64,000 bases of DNA from Macrostomum lignano (taxonomy: Eukaryota): assembly GCA_002269645.1 (NCBI GenBank), contig NIVC01003443.1:33282-97281 (forward strand), in the 5' to 3' direction. Numbering within the stretch: position 1 is the first letter of the stretch; every line of letters begins with the position of its first letter. Positions 1 through 11,195 of the stretch are shown piece after piece. Position numbers and translations under genes: made by a program. The notes under the pieces were generated by a model that ran no database searches, had not been told where the DNA came from, and saw nothing but the letters and a program-made list of their open reading frames with translations.

Positions 1-718
1 TCATTTTAGTCACTGATAAGAATGTTTCTTATAATTTGCATTTACACTACCGTCCTAAGAGTAGTATCATTTTTGGTCCCCACAGCGAGATAGGGAGTGA
101 CCTATCTACACTTATATAGTATCTGTGTCTGCGACTAACGAGACGTCGGTAGCCATAGTCGAACCATGTGATGATAAGGATTCTACGGGGAACTCAATGT
201 CTATCTCCGGTGTTGTGTAGTGATTTAATATTTTAAGTACTTTTGTTGCTGAGACAATATATGAACTAATGTCTATGGGCCGAATCTTTTCGCAATAAAA
301 ATACAGGGACTCTGTCTCGGCGTTAGACCGCTCAAGACGCGGCTGAGCTGAGCTACGCTCGCAAATAAAAACAACATTGTTAATCCAATAGATATAACAT
401 CCGGTACCTCCGTGGGCTCAAAACGTAAGGCAGTCGAAACAGCGACTTTAATACGAGTACCAAACGTCAATTGAGCATCGAATTCTCGTGTTCAATCTAG
501 TGATTAAACGCGTTAAGATGTAACAGTATTTGGCCTTCAAATATTACTTTGCTATTTGTGCGGTAATTTTAAGGTGCATTATTGCACACTGATTGCAAGT
601 TGTCTATTTACCATAGATATATTCAAATGATAGAGCCTAGAGTTCAGTAAAAGACTTAGACTTAAAAAAGATTTACTGTTAAGAAAATAGAATGATAAGA
701 TTAAGGTTATTTGGTTAA

Positions 719-2290
719 ATGATCAACTGGAAATTATTGCCTGTTGATTCTCTCGATGGTGTAACCGCAAGCGAAATGGCGCTGATAAGCAAGTTGAGCC
801 ATGAAGACCACAGCGAGGATAAAGAACTGGAACGATTTGTTAAGATTATCAGCGACTTTAGCAACAATGAGGAAAACATCGCGGGAGTAGAGCTGCCAGA
901 TCTTCCGCTGTCTGAGAAATCGAGCGCCTCGACAGACGGTGCCAGCGCCTCGACAGACGGTGCAAGCGCCTCGACAGACGGTGCCAGCGTGAATGTCATT
1001 GACAAGTGGAGTTGGATTCTCTGATCCCTAGAACTACGCTTGATCAAATGCTACAGCATGGAGAGAAGTTTGCGAGCTACATGAACTCCCTGGGCTATCC
1101 TCTGGATCTTCTACGAACGGTGGAGCTGGAGAAGCTTAAGGAGCACCTACGTCTTTACTATTTTCGGTTGGCCAAGGCCAATGGCAAACTGCATTCAGCA
1201 TCAAGCCTCGTCTGCACCAGGGCCGCCATCCAGCGTTTTCAACTACATCATGAAGCAAGAAATAAACATCACGGATGCGCCTGTATTTGCCAGCTTGAAT
1301 CGTATGCTGCGAATGAAAGTCCGCGATCTTCAAGCTTCAGGCGGAAGTGTGAAGCACTTCGAGCCTATAGAAACCACTGACCTCTTTAAGATTTTCAACT
1401 ACTTCAATCGGCAGACTGCCGAACGTCTACAGGACGAGGTAGTGTTTGTGCTGATATACGTTCTTGGCGAAAGAGGCCAGGAAAATCTCAAGCAGTTGCG
1501 CCGAAGGGATTGCTCCTTGAAAAAACGGACAGTGAAGGTACGTCTGATGAAGAATTGCCTTTTTGGGGGTGTAATTGCATACAGATTAGTGTGACGGAAT
1601 AATCAGATAATTCAAGCGACTCGTACATTTAGTTTTTACACATTTATTAATTTTTAAACAGGCAGGCCCTACTTTGAACTGCCCCTGTTTCCGACGAAGA
1701 ACCAAAGCGCTGATCCTACGAAAGCCAAGCGTTTCAATCCCAAGCAAGCTCGAGTATACGGGAAACAGTACGATCTTCTTCCACTGTATAGATCGGCCCT
1801 TCCGTCTAGGACAAAGGACGATTCCATGTTTCCACGACCAATGGCTAGTATTGCCTCGCGTTATCAATTCTCAAGCAAGCAAGTTCGGGGCTTTAATTGG
1901 CTAAGCACGTTTATGTAGCGGCTCAGCAAGCTGTGCAGTCTCAGTAAGGTTTATACAAACCATTGAATCCGCGTGACTCGCATCGCTGATCTAAGCGATG
2001 CAGGTCACAGTGTCGCTGACAGCATGTGGATCACCGGCCAACAGACGGAGTCGACCGTGCGGCGATACCTTTCTAGACAGCGTGACGGCGCCATTTACAG
2101 CATGGCGACTACTGTGGGTGCTACTCTAGAGCTGCAAGCTGCAAACGTCAACGTGGGTACGAGTGTTTCCACCTCAAACGAGAGCGTCATCAGCCATGAA
2201 ACGGCAACTGTGCGTGAAAACACCCATTCGTCACTATTTTCCAAATGCCACTTTGAGAACTGCACCATCAATTTCAATAAGTGGAAGTGA
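719..2290 (+). mobile_element. Crypton-type tyrosine recombinase gene, copy 1 (DUF3504 family); disrupted by frameshifts and stops
   Basis: The stitched frames read HSASSLVCTRAAIQR, FEPIETTDL, LQDEVVFVLIYVLGERGQENLKQL, then an intron at 1538-1661 (GTACGT..ACAG), then GRPYFELPLFPTKNQS, YTNH*IRVT and ITGQQTESTVRRY. This is the R-K-HxxR-H-Y layout of Crypton/KCTD1/ZMYM-type recombinases. Confidence 0.8.
923..989 (+). repeat. 21-bp tandem repeat x3 inside Crypton copy 1
   Basis: The unit AGCGCCTCGACAGACGGTGCC is repeated three times in frame (SASTDGA). Confidence 0.9.
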
Positions 2291-2774
2291 GAAAAGTCTA
2301 AAGTGGAAAAACCGTGCGTACCACTAACAGTAAATCTAGTTGAACGATATTCCTTGTTTCGATTTTCAATCTCCTAAACACACTGTTTGCCTTGTTCGTG
2401 TTTTACGTGGATTTGTCGCGTTGAAGTTAGAGAGCACTGAAATAAATAAATCAGACCATTAGTCTATGGTCAAAGCATATTGAACGTGTGACAATCAGAA
2501 GCATTTCCAGTAGGCTTTGTCTATGTGACAATGTATAAATAAATAGCGGCCCCAGTGCGTGACAACGATTGTTTTGCGAGCGCCGGTAGATTCCTTCTGA
2601 AATAGGAATCAATAAAACGTAGTAGAACATTGGCTCATTTTGATGTCTATGGTAGCAATTAAAGCTAAAAGTCGTTGTCACGCACTGTAAAAAAAGCTAC
2701 AACTTAAAAGCTATACTTAAGCGAGAACGTTTCATTTCACAAAGCAGAGCAGAGCGGAGAGAGCCAAACTATAA

Positions 2775-5186
2775 ATGGAGGCACCACAGGTTGTGCACTT
2801 AATAAATCAGTGTTGGGCAAGTTACTCAAAAAAAGTAACTTGCGTTACTGTAACTTAAGTTACCAATTTTTAAAAAGTAACTTACGTTAGCCTAGTAACT
2901 TTAGACAAAAACCCGGTAACTTTTAAGTTACTGTCCGTTACTCACTTCCGTTACCCATGTTATTAACAAAATTTTCTGCTTTTTTCACATTGCACATTTT
3001 TTCACATTGTTGTTACCAAAATTTGCCATTGGGCATTGGGATTAACCGATTAACAGACAGAGACAGGAATTGGCGACACGATGTGAGGCAAGTAGAAGGA
3101 CCAATGGGCAATGGCAATTAATAATTAAAATTATAAATGATAAAATAAACGAATATCAATAATTTAATAGAGTAAAATAAATAGAACTGTATAAAATGGT
3201 GTAGTGTACTGCAGTGCCAGCGGAGGGACTTGTGGAGGCTACAGATGAATTTCTTTCTTTGGTTGTTTGTTTGAATCAAACTTGAAAATTTTTAGTAACT
3301 TGAAAATGAAAGGCGAAAATATTTTACCGAAATTAACAAAGTATAACATGTTTCAAGTTTTTCTTCATTACTTAAGCGCAATACCATATGATCTATTCAC
3401 TTAATTTTGAATTTAGGAATGAAAAATGCAAAAACATGTGATAACCGGCGTAATAGCTAAGCATTTCAGTTTTAAATTTAAATATTGCGATCGTTGCAAA
3501 GTAACTGTAACGGACTTCCGAAATTTGAGTAACTTACCGTTACTCCGTTACTAAAATAAAAAAGTAACTTGCGTAAGGAACGCTTTACGAAAAAGTAACT
3601 TGCGTTACCATTTGCAAGTTACTCGGTAACGGAAGTGCCCAACACTGTAATAAATTATCAGCATCTTCCGGTTGACAGTCTCAATGGATTCACACGCGAA
3701 GAGTTGGATCTCGTTGCCGAGTTGTCCGGGATCGACTGCCGTAGGGACGAATTAGTGAGCGATTTTATCTCCTTCATTGAACGCTCTCTGGGCGAAGATG
3801 TGTCAGCTATTCCTATTCCCGACCTACCAGCCGATTTTGATCAAGAACTCAAAGAGCTAGACGACGCAGAAATTGCTGGTCTTCCTGCGAGTAGTCGTAA
3901 GCAGATGGTTGAGCATGGAGAAAGGCTGGTTGCATTCTTGAACAGCCGTAGTTTAAACGCCAATCTTGGTAACGTTAATGACGCCACTCTGAATCAATAC
4001 CTGCGCATCTATTATTTTCAACTAAAGACAGGCCACGCTTATTCACCTTCTTCGCTAGTTCACCTTCTTCGCTGGAATACAACGATACTTGAATATTGTA
4101 GTGAAACGCAGGACCAACTTAGTTGCTAGCGGAACTCTTTTCGACGGTTCCAATCGCATGTTACAGTACAAAGTCCGAGAATACATTCAGTCTGGACAAT
4201 CTACACAGAGCTTCGATCCAATTGAAGAAGGCGATTTGTTGACGCTTCGGGCTTTTTTCGATCGCAGTGACGCTGAGCGGCTACAATACAAAGTTATGTT
4301 TGAGTTGCTATACCAATTGGGCGAGCGTGGTCTGGAACATTTAAAGTACTTTCTGACGAAGAGCCTCTGATTCGCCGCGTCTACATAGGCAGATCCTACG
4401 CTTGTCTGCCTCTGCTACCGTCCAAGAACCGCCGAGCTGAACTGGACTCTGCTGCAGTAGCAGACGATAAACACGCAAGGATGTATGACACCAAACTTCT
4501 GGATTTGTACGAGGCATCAATCTATATACTAAAAATGAACCTCGTTAGTTGACCGACTTTCCTACGAATTGTGAATCGTTTTTATCGCGGCTGATAAAGT
4601 CTACGTCGGAGAAAAAGTTTAATTTCTCAACGAATGCGCATCGCGGATACAGATTTCTGCAAGAATTTATGTCCAATCTGTCTGAGAAGGCCAAGCTAAG
4701 CAAACGATACACGAATCACTGCATCAGGTAATCTTGAACTACGATAAAATAGTACTACAGAATAGTAATAGCAGGAGTAAGCAAAAATACGGTACTAAAT
4801 ATATTTGCATTCAAAAACGATTTCTTTCCAGAGTGACGCGAATTTGTGACCTGGATTCTTGTGGTCAAAGTGTTCACGACATTATGCTAGTAACTGGGCA
4901 CAAATCAGAGTCTACAGTGCGACGATATTTACACAAAAGACGCGACCGAAGTCTCTACAAATCTGCTCAATGTGTTCAAGCCGCTATCAAGCGTGAGATC
5001 AATGATCCAGTCGTTGGTTCCGGAGCCAGTGTATCGGCTGCTTCGGGGTCTAGTACCTCCGGATCTGTTTGTCAGTTGCGCTTGGGTACTAAGTCTGAGC
5101 ACCTCCGATTGGAATCCTCGTCTGGGAAGCGGATGCGAATCCACGTTAATGGAGACGCCAACATCATCGACTTCCTCTTCGAATAA
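2775..5186 (+). mobile_element. Crypton-type tyrosine recombinase gene, copy 2; interrupted by a hAT MITE and frameshifted
   Basis: Removing the MITE gives MEAPQVVHLINYQHLPVDSLNG. Further motifs are YSPSSL, FDPIEEGDL, LQYKVMFELLYQLGERGLEHL, PSKN and YTNHCIR|VT (intron 4728-4831, GTAATC..CCAG), then VTGHKSESTVRRY. Confidence 0.82.
2808..3647. mobile_element. Non-autonomous hAT element (MITE) with 8-bp TSD
   Basis: The termini are CAGTGTTGGGCA...GTGCCCAACACTG. An identical TAATAAAT flanks both sides (2800-2807 and 3648-3655). Many subterminal GTAAC/GTTAC repeats are present. Confidence 0.88.
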
Positions 5187-5561
5187 AGTTAATCGGCTGT
5201 AATTATTTCTTTTCATTTTATTCATTATCAGTTCACCACGATATTAACATGCGTTTCCACTAGATTGCTTTTTGTTACACTTTAGAGTATGTATGTTTGA
5301 ACCTATTGATCGTTCAACTATTTAACTATTCCCCGTTTTCTTGCAAAAATATACGGTTTCGTCTCAGTTGGAAATACCTGCGCAGACAATGCATTGTTCT
5401 GCATAAAAACCTACATACAATGATCGTCAAATTGCTAGACAATGCAATTTATTTTTCTGACTGCCACTGTGAGCTTAGTCTGTGGCCGGTACTGCCTGCG
5501 TTGAGTGATTTAGTGGGAGATAGACTAATTCCTTTCTTATCATTGTACATATACGCAAGAG

Positions 5562-5983
5562 TATAGTATTTGTCATGCTATCTCAGCCTAGAGACATCCA
5601 AACTCAGCCAGCCCATCTCAACAGTGCGATTTTTTACGTAAGCCAGTCAAGTTTTACCATAGACATGCTTCTTAAGGCCATGCTATCTCAGCCTGGGACA
5701 TGCAATCTCAGCCACTTTTCAGATTCTTACTGACTTTTCTTGCTGCGTTCATTCATTGCTGTTTGTTGCCATTTCATGTCACGTTACAGAAATGATAGCA
5801 TTGAGATCTGTTTGCAATTGAAATCTATATTGGCTGAGATTGCATGTCCCAGGCAGAGATAGCATGGCCTTAAGAAGCATGTCTATGGTAAAACTCGACT
5901 AGCTCGAGCCAAAAAACGCATTGCGGAATGGGGCTGGCTGAGTTTGGATGTCCCTAGGCTGAGATAGCATGACAAAAGCTATA
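5562..5983. mobile_element. Palindromic MITE-like element with about 153-bp inverted arms
   Basis: 5562-5714 is the near reverse complement of 5831-5983. The arms carry CATGCTATCTCAGCCT twice, plus CCATAGAC (5657) and GTCTATGG (5881). Confidence 0.85.
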
Positions 5984-6036
5984 TTATAATGACACGCACC
6001 ATTTTGTCATTGCTTAACGCTGAAAATACATTTCGA

Positions 6037-6662
6037 CCATAGACAATTTATTTTCATATTATTTATTGCATAACTAGTGAACTTGAAAACATAAACAAAC
6101 AATAAACAAAAAACTCCGCGTGCCTGATTCGTAGAAAAACGAAACCTGCCTTCTGAATCGTTCAAAAGAGGCTTCGGAAAAAAGCAGCCGATTTTCACCC
6201 ATGTAGGTAAAGACCTCTCATCCAGAGCAGTCAGTTGACAATGCTCTCCGTAGATGCGCGCCTGCTTCGTTCTGTCGTCTTTGCACTTGGCTGGGTCACT
6301 CGATTGGTTCTTAGTTGGTAGTGGTGGTAGTTCACAGTACTCTTGTCCGTCGGAGTCGATACCAGCAACCAATGCTCCCTGTTGTTTCAAATGTTTAAGG
6401 TGTTCTTGTCCTCTCTCACGTAGAATATAGAGAATGGTGAATACCATGCACCTCGTCCTGTAAGCGTCTCGGCTGTGTTTTATCAAAGTACGCCTTGACT
6501 TTTTCCAGATCTGCTTCCTCGATCGGTAGAAACTGCTTAGTTGTTGACTAAGTAAAATTGATATTTTGTTGCTGTAAATTTTCTTTCCTGTCTATCGCTT
6601 TTTGTAACAGATGCTGGAATGGCACTTTTCAGTCGCGTCAAGGCCTAAATCTTTGTCTATGG
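6037..6662 (-). mobile_element. Crypton-type recombinase internal fragment, copy 3
   Basis: The minus strand reads KQFLPIEEADLEKVKAYFDKTQPRRLQDEV, then after a frameshift MVFTILYILRERGQEHLKHL...YCELPPLPTKNQSSDP...KQARIYG...RFSTNQARG. It is colinear with copies 1 and 2. Both ends of the gene are missing. Confidence 0.78.
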
Positions 6663-7231
6663 CCCACTGCACCAAGGCCTTTAAGTTTGTCTATGGTCGA
6701 CTGGGTGTCTAATTTTAGTAGCATTAAGTAATGACCGATCTTGTAGGCAGAGTTAGGCACAATTTTTGTCATTGCTTAACTCAGATAAAATGATTATAAT
6801 TGGCTACTAGTATGCTATATATACAATGCAATTTTATAGTATGTTATGGCCATTATTTAACTCCGTAACATACTATATAATCTACCATTGTGTATACATT
6901 ATTCCACAAAACTTACACAGAATGCTCAGTCAGCGTTTTTTTAGAATAGAACTGAGTAGAAATAGATGCGCGCTCACACTACTTTTTCGATGAAGAGGAA
7001 TGAGTAGCCATAGGTTTGTCTATGGGCAAAACCTCGGGGTTTTCGCGAGCGCCTATGAAGCGAAGGCTTAATATGTTGCGAGAGTCTAAAGTTACCTATC
7101 TAGATGATATAAAATCTGTGCTTTGGACTGCGTGGTTTTGAGTTTAAAGAGAGGAAGAATTGCTAAGCAAAATGCAGAGAAGCTAATTGCTTTATGACAT
7201 CTGCAAAATCACGGACACAGTGATTGGAATC

Positions 7232-7655
7232 ACGGTCTACGACTGCCTAAACTACGCTTTTGAATGTCCACCTGCAACAGATTCCACAGGTTTCCATCAG
7301 AACGTGATCGGTGAGTTGCAGATTACTAAATGACCAACTTCGTCATTCTCTCTGTAGAAGCCTTCGTACCTTTCGTACTTTTAAATACATTTAGCATCTG
7401 CGACGAATTTAATTAACATTGCAGGTGTGAAGATTGGGCTCGCCGGATATTCCGAGCTGACCTTATGCGCAAGAAGTTCGAGCACAAATGGGCGAATGCT
7501 GTTGTATGCAGTCAGCACTTCGAGGACCACATGTACATGTGTCCGAAAAATCATCACGAGGCTCACAGTCTACGAGCAAGCCGTAACAAAACAAATACAT
7601 CGGCCGCCTCCAAAGCAGAGAACTGATTCTCCAGCATCTCTGCATCAAACTCGCG
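7232..7655 (+). pseudogene. THAP zinc-finger domain fragment (TE-derived)
   Basis: VYDCLNY..., frameshift, FHRFPSERDR, intron 7311-7424 (GTGAGT..GCAG), then RCEDWARRIFRADL...NAVVCSQHFEDHM. This fits the THAP C-C-W-C-H pattern. Confidence 0.65.
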
Positions 7656-7779
7656 TAAGTGGCAAAGTGCAAAACGAAAACGAAATTCCTGGTTTTGTCG
7701 AGACTGCAAGTGAGCGGCATGATAAGCCAAAGGGAAGGAAACCCGTTCCAAGAGCAACTTTGGGGTTCGCCTGCTAAAA

Positions 7780-8241
7780 AAGCCGGAATAATGAAAAAAA
7801 CTAAAGCGGCGAGTTTCTACGCTGGAGCTTCGCTCCCGCAAGATGAAATCTGCATGGGTGGCTTCCAGTCGCAATTCTGCAAAAATTACTAAATTCTCCG
7901 GCTTGAATCATTTGGTACAGGATTTCATCGAAGATCAAAAGAAAAATGCTAAAAGGATTCGTCCAAGTTGGTCACGGTCTTCACTCCGAATTGCAACAGG
8001 TCTACTGCACTTCAGTCCTAGATGCCATTCGATAAGTCGCAACCATCGGCTCAATGTCCCCAAATTCGTAAAGGAGTTGCGAGTTGAAATTGTCAATGCA
8101 GAGACGCGCATTCAGCAGCGAGCCGCGGGGACTGTACCACCGCAGCCGAGGCTCCGAACCCGGCAACTAGCGAATGCTCTAGCGACCTTCAGAGGGTTGC
8201 AGCTACACTTTGCACGACGCGGTTGTCTAAGTTTCAACTGA
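7780..8241 (+). mobile_element. Degenerate Mutator (MULE)-like transposase C-terminal fragment
   Basis: ASLPQDEI..GF and NHRLNVPKFVKELRVEIVNAETRIQQRAAGTVPP resemble the MULE C-terminal pattern LPxDEI...HPNxWKFxxxLxxE...IxQxxxGxxPP. Recognised by eye only. Confidence 0.38.
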
Positions 8242-9346
8242 ACTGAACTCGTAATGATATTAACAGTTTAAAGTTTATTGCTAAAATGTCTGCTTCTGTG
8301 GTCTGTTATTTGACTTCTTACTGTTTGTGTTAGGTCCAGTATGAATGAAAAATAGAAATAAAATTGATTGCGAATGTGAAATACAGAAATGCCGATTGAA
8401 ATCGTTTCTGGTGGCTTTTCTGGTAAAATAAATGATTGGTTTTATTGCATTGATTTCTGAGTTGATTTCTGAGTTCGTAATGCTGGTAAGCTAACGAAAT
8501 GAGGCTGCAAAAAGGCTATGGTAGGTAAATACTCGTGCAATATTACTAATACAATACTTTATTTTTCAAGCCATAGACATCTAAATCACACTTGCACTAG
8601 TGTAGTTGTCTATGGTCTAATGTCCAGATGGTTATGAAATCAGTGTCGGCGAAACGAGAATCGGCGAAATTAGAGGTACCCATCTCAGTGGGCCGTATGA
8701 ATAAAACGTGAGAAAATCTTTAAAGATTATCTTTCGAGCCAAGAATTTCTTTAAAGAAATTCTTTTCCGGCAAGAAAATCTGTTGGAGAAAATCTTACGA
8801 GTCAAGATATTCTAGAAAAGACATGAATAAAAGTTTCTCGGCTCGTGAGATTTTCTCGGCGACTGCCACTTGGCTGAAAGTTGTCTAGGGCCCAAACCAA
8901 GATGTCGGTGACGTGGAATCGACGGCCGTCTCCTCAGGCTTGGGCGCAGCCCATGCTGTGTCTATGGCTAAAACCACGTGAAGACCGAAAATCCGTCCAG
9001 AAAAATCCTACTAGAAAGTGGCAAAATCCATGTGGAGTTTACCTGAACATCAGGTGACAGGAAAGTCACTTTGCTTTGAAATTTTACCCTGAGATTGAGC
9101 GTCCTGGCATCGAATGGTTGCCAATTTTTTACATGTATATCGTGATTACTCTTTGCAGGAGCCCAGAAACAATGCAAAAAAAACTGCGAGCATGTTATAA
9201 GACGCTGCGTGAGGGGTAGAAATGGGAGCTGCCGTGTGTACAAAACTGTGTCCTTGGACTGTTCGCAAGCTGAGCGACGTAAATAGCTTACCAGTGAAGT
9301 ATGCTACCAGATTTCATTGAAACCGCGCAATCTTCTCTCGAGAAAC

Positions 9347-9985
9347 ATGTCTGCCGCATCGGATGCCGAGTCTGAAAGTCAACAGGAAGCCGAGGAGGAA
9401 GCCGACTACATTGTCAACGTACTCTCTAAGCACCCGGTTCTTTTATCAAAGAGTAGCACGCCCGTCGTGAAGAAGAAGAAGGAGGCGGCCATAGCAGCAT
9501 TGTGCGCTGAGTTAGAAATGCTGACAGGAAAGCTGTTCGAGACCGGCAAAACATCGAAGAAGATCGCCAACATGAAGACGCGTATGAAGGGCAAGGTGGA
9601 TCGAAATAGGACAGGGAATCGTCCCATAAAACTTCTTCCATGGGAATCCAGGTTGGCCCGCATAATGGACGCGGATTCGAATCCAACAATGTCGCAAACT
9701 CCAGGGGCAAGTGCGGCTGGATTCCAAGCAAGTGCAACCGTCGTCTCGCCACAGCCAGCTGATGAGAGACGTTCACCCTCCGTGCAGCCTAAGGAACCAG
9801 CGAGGAAGCGTCGCATGTCTGGCGAGACAGAGGAGACGGAGAAGTTGGGCAACGCCGATTTGCAACGACTGGTGCTGCTGGAGCAGCTGCGCTACGTCAG
9901 ACTGAAAAGGCGACTGGTGATGGAGTCTCAGGCGAGCAGACCTGCTCTTCGCCCTCCGTCGTACGGAAACGGGTACCAGGATTGA
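9347..9985 (+). CDS. Myb/SANT-like DNA-binding protein of a PIF/Harbinger transposon
   Basis: The ORF is intact. YIVNVLSKHPVLLSK...KKKEAAIAALCAEL...KKIANMKTRMKGK...TGN fits the Myb/SANT-like (NAIF1-type) domain. It has a C-terminal LEQLRYVRLK coil and converges on a DDE fragment. Confidence 0.72.
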   Translation: MSAASDAESESQQEAEEEADYIVNVLSKHPVLLSKSSTPVVKKKKEAAIAALCAELEMLTGKLFETGKTSKKIANMKTRMKGKVDRNRTGNRPIKLLPWESRLARIMDADSNPTMSQTPGASAAGFQASATVVSPQPADERRSPSVQPKEPARKRRMSGETEETEKLGNADLQRLVLLEQLRYVRLKRRLVMESQASRPALRPPSYGNGYQD

Positions 9986-10431
9986 CGGCCCTGCAGACGT
10001 TAGTAATTGTTGTTAGTAATTCAGACCGAAAAAATGCGACGAACAGCATATAGGTACTTGTTGTTTTGTTGATCGCTCTAAGGCTGAAAGTCGCATATAT
10101 GTACCACTGTACTGTTTCTTGTTTGTTATTTAGACAGAGAAAATGTGACGAAGAGAAGACATTTGTTTATTCAAATATATATGAAAAAAGCAACTAAGAG
10201 GATATGTAACAAAGTTTGGCAATCTGAGAAAAGTGAATTATGTCAAGTGGAAGATAGTTTTCACGTCTTGTTACTGAAAATAATACCAGAATCGCTCTAA
10301 TGCGGAATCGGCGAGGCGTACATGTAAAGTGGATTACATTTTTGGACTAGTACAACGGTAACATTATGAACAATATGTTTGTAAACACCTGTCACCTTCA
10401 CATGAGTTCCAATGTCCAAAGATGCAGTATA

Positions 10432-10632
10432 CTAGACCATAGCAGCGATCTCGTTTCGCCGCTGTTGTCCGCGAAGACGCAGTTGCTGAGCTCCGTCACC
10501 AGCGTTGTCATCCTCATTAGTCAGCTGGTCGTCTGCATCACCGATGTATTGCGGATCGTCTATGTCTTCTTCATTCAGAAACTTGGCGACATTGTGAAGC
10601 ACGAAGCATGCCAAGATGGATATGGCCAAGCA
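10432..10632 (-). mobile_element. Harbinger DDE transposase C-terminal remnant
   Basis: ILACFVLHNVA, an acidic tract and GQQRRNEIA match the HARBI1-type C-terminus. The upstream part is absent. Confidence 0.72.
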
Positions 10633-10780
10633 TTCTTAAATTGCTGACACTATTCATTGTCTATGGCCAAAATCCTTCATCAATAACGCGACTATGCAGT
10701 AAATCCCAAGCCGTGCTGTAAATTCCAACCACCGTGCTGTAAATTCCCGCACGTATTCAACTTAATTAAATTTATTTAAG

Positions 10781-11195
10781 TCTACCTGAGCTACTGGTCT
10801 AATTCTACCTGAGCTAATGAGCTAATCCTGCCTAAGCTACTGTCTCAGTACCTGAGCTACTGACCCAATTCTACCTGAGCTACTGGTCCAATTCTACCTG
10901 AGCTACTGACCCAATTCTACCTGAGCTACTGAACCAATTCTACTAGAGCTACTGACCCAATTCTACCTGAGCTAGTGAACCAATTCTACCTGAGCTAGTG
11001 AACCAATTCTACCTGAGCAACTGACCCAATTCTACCTGAGCTACTGAACCAATTCTGCCTGAGCTACTGAACCAATTCGGCCTGAGCTACTGAACCAATT
11101 CTGCCTGAGCTACTGAACCAATTCTACCTGAGCTACTGAACCAATTCTACCTGAGCTACTGAACCAATTCTACCTAAGCTACTGAACTAATTCTA
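10781..11195. repeat. 23-bp minisatellite
   Basis: Unit CTACCTGAGCTACTGAACCAATT, about 17 copies. Confidence 0.9.

Noticed and set aside
50-470. PBS-like TGGTCCCC and the short ORF 273-470
   Set aside because: The sequence is at the window edge, no LTR pair is visible and there are no recognisable gag or pol motifs.
10781-11195. Regular about 23-bp repeats that could be taken for a CRISPR array (also 27271-27590)
   Set aside because: The repeats are head-to-tail with no unique spacers, the context is eukaryotic and there are no cas genes.
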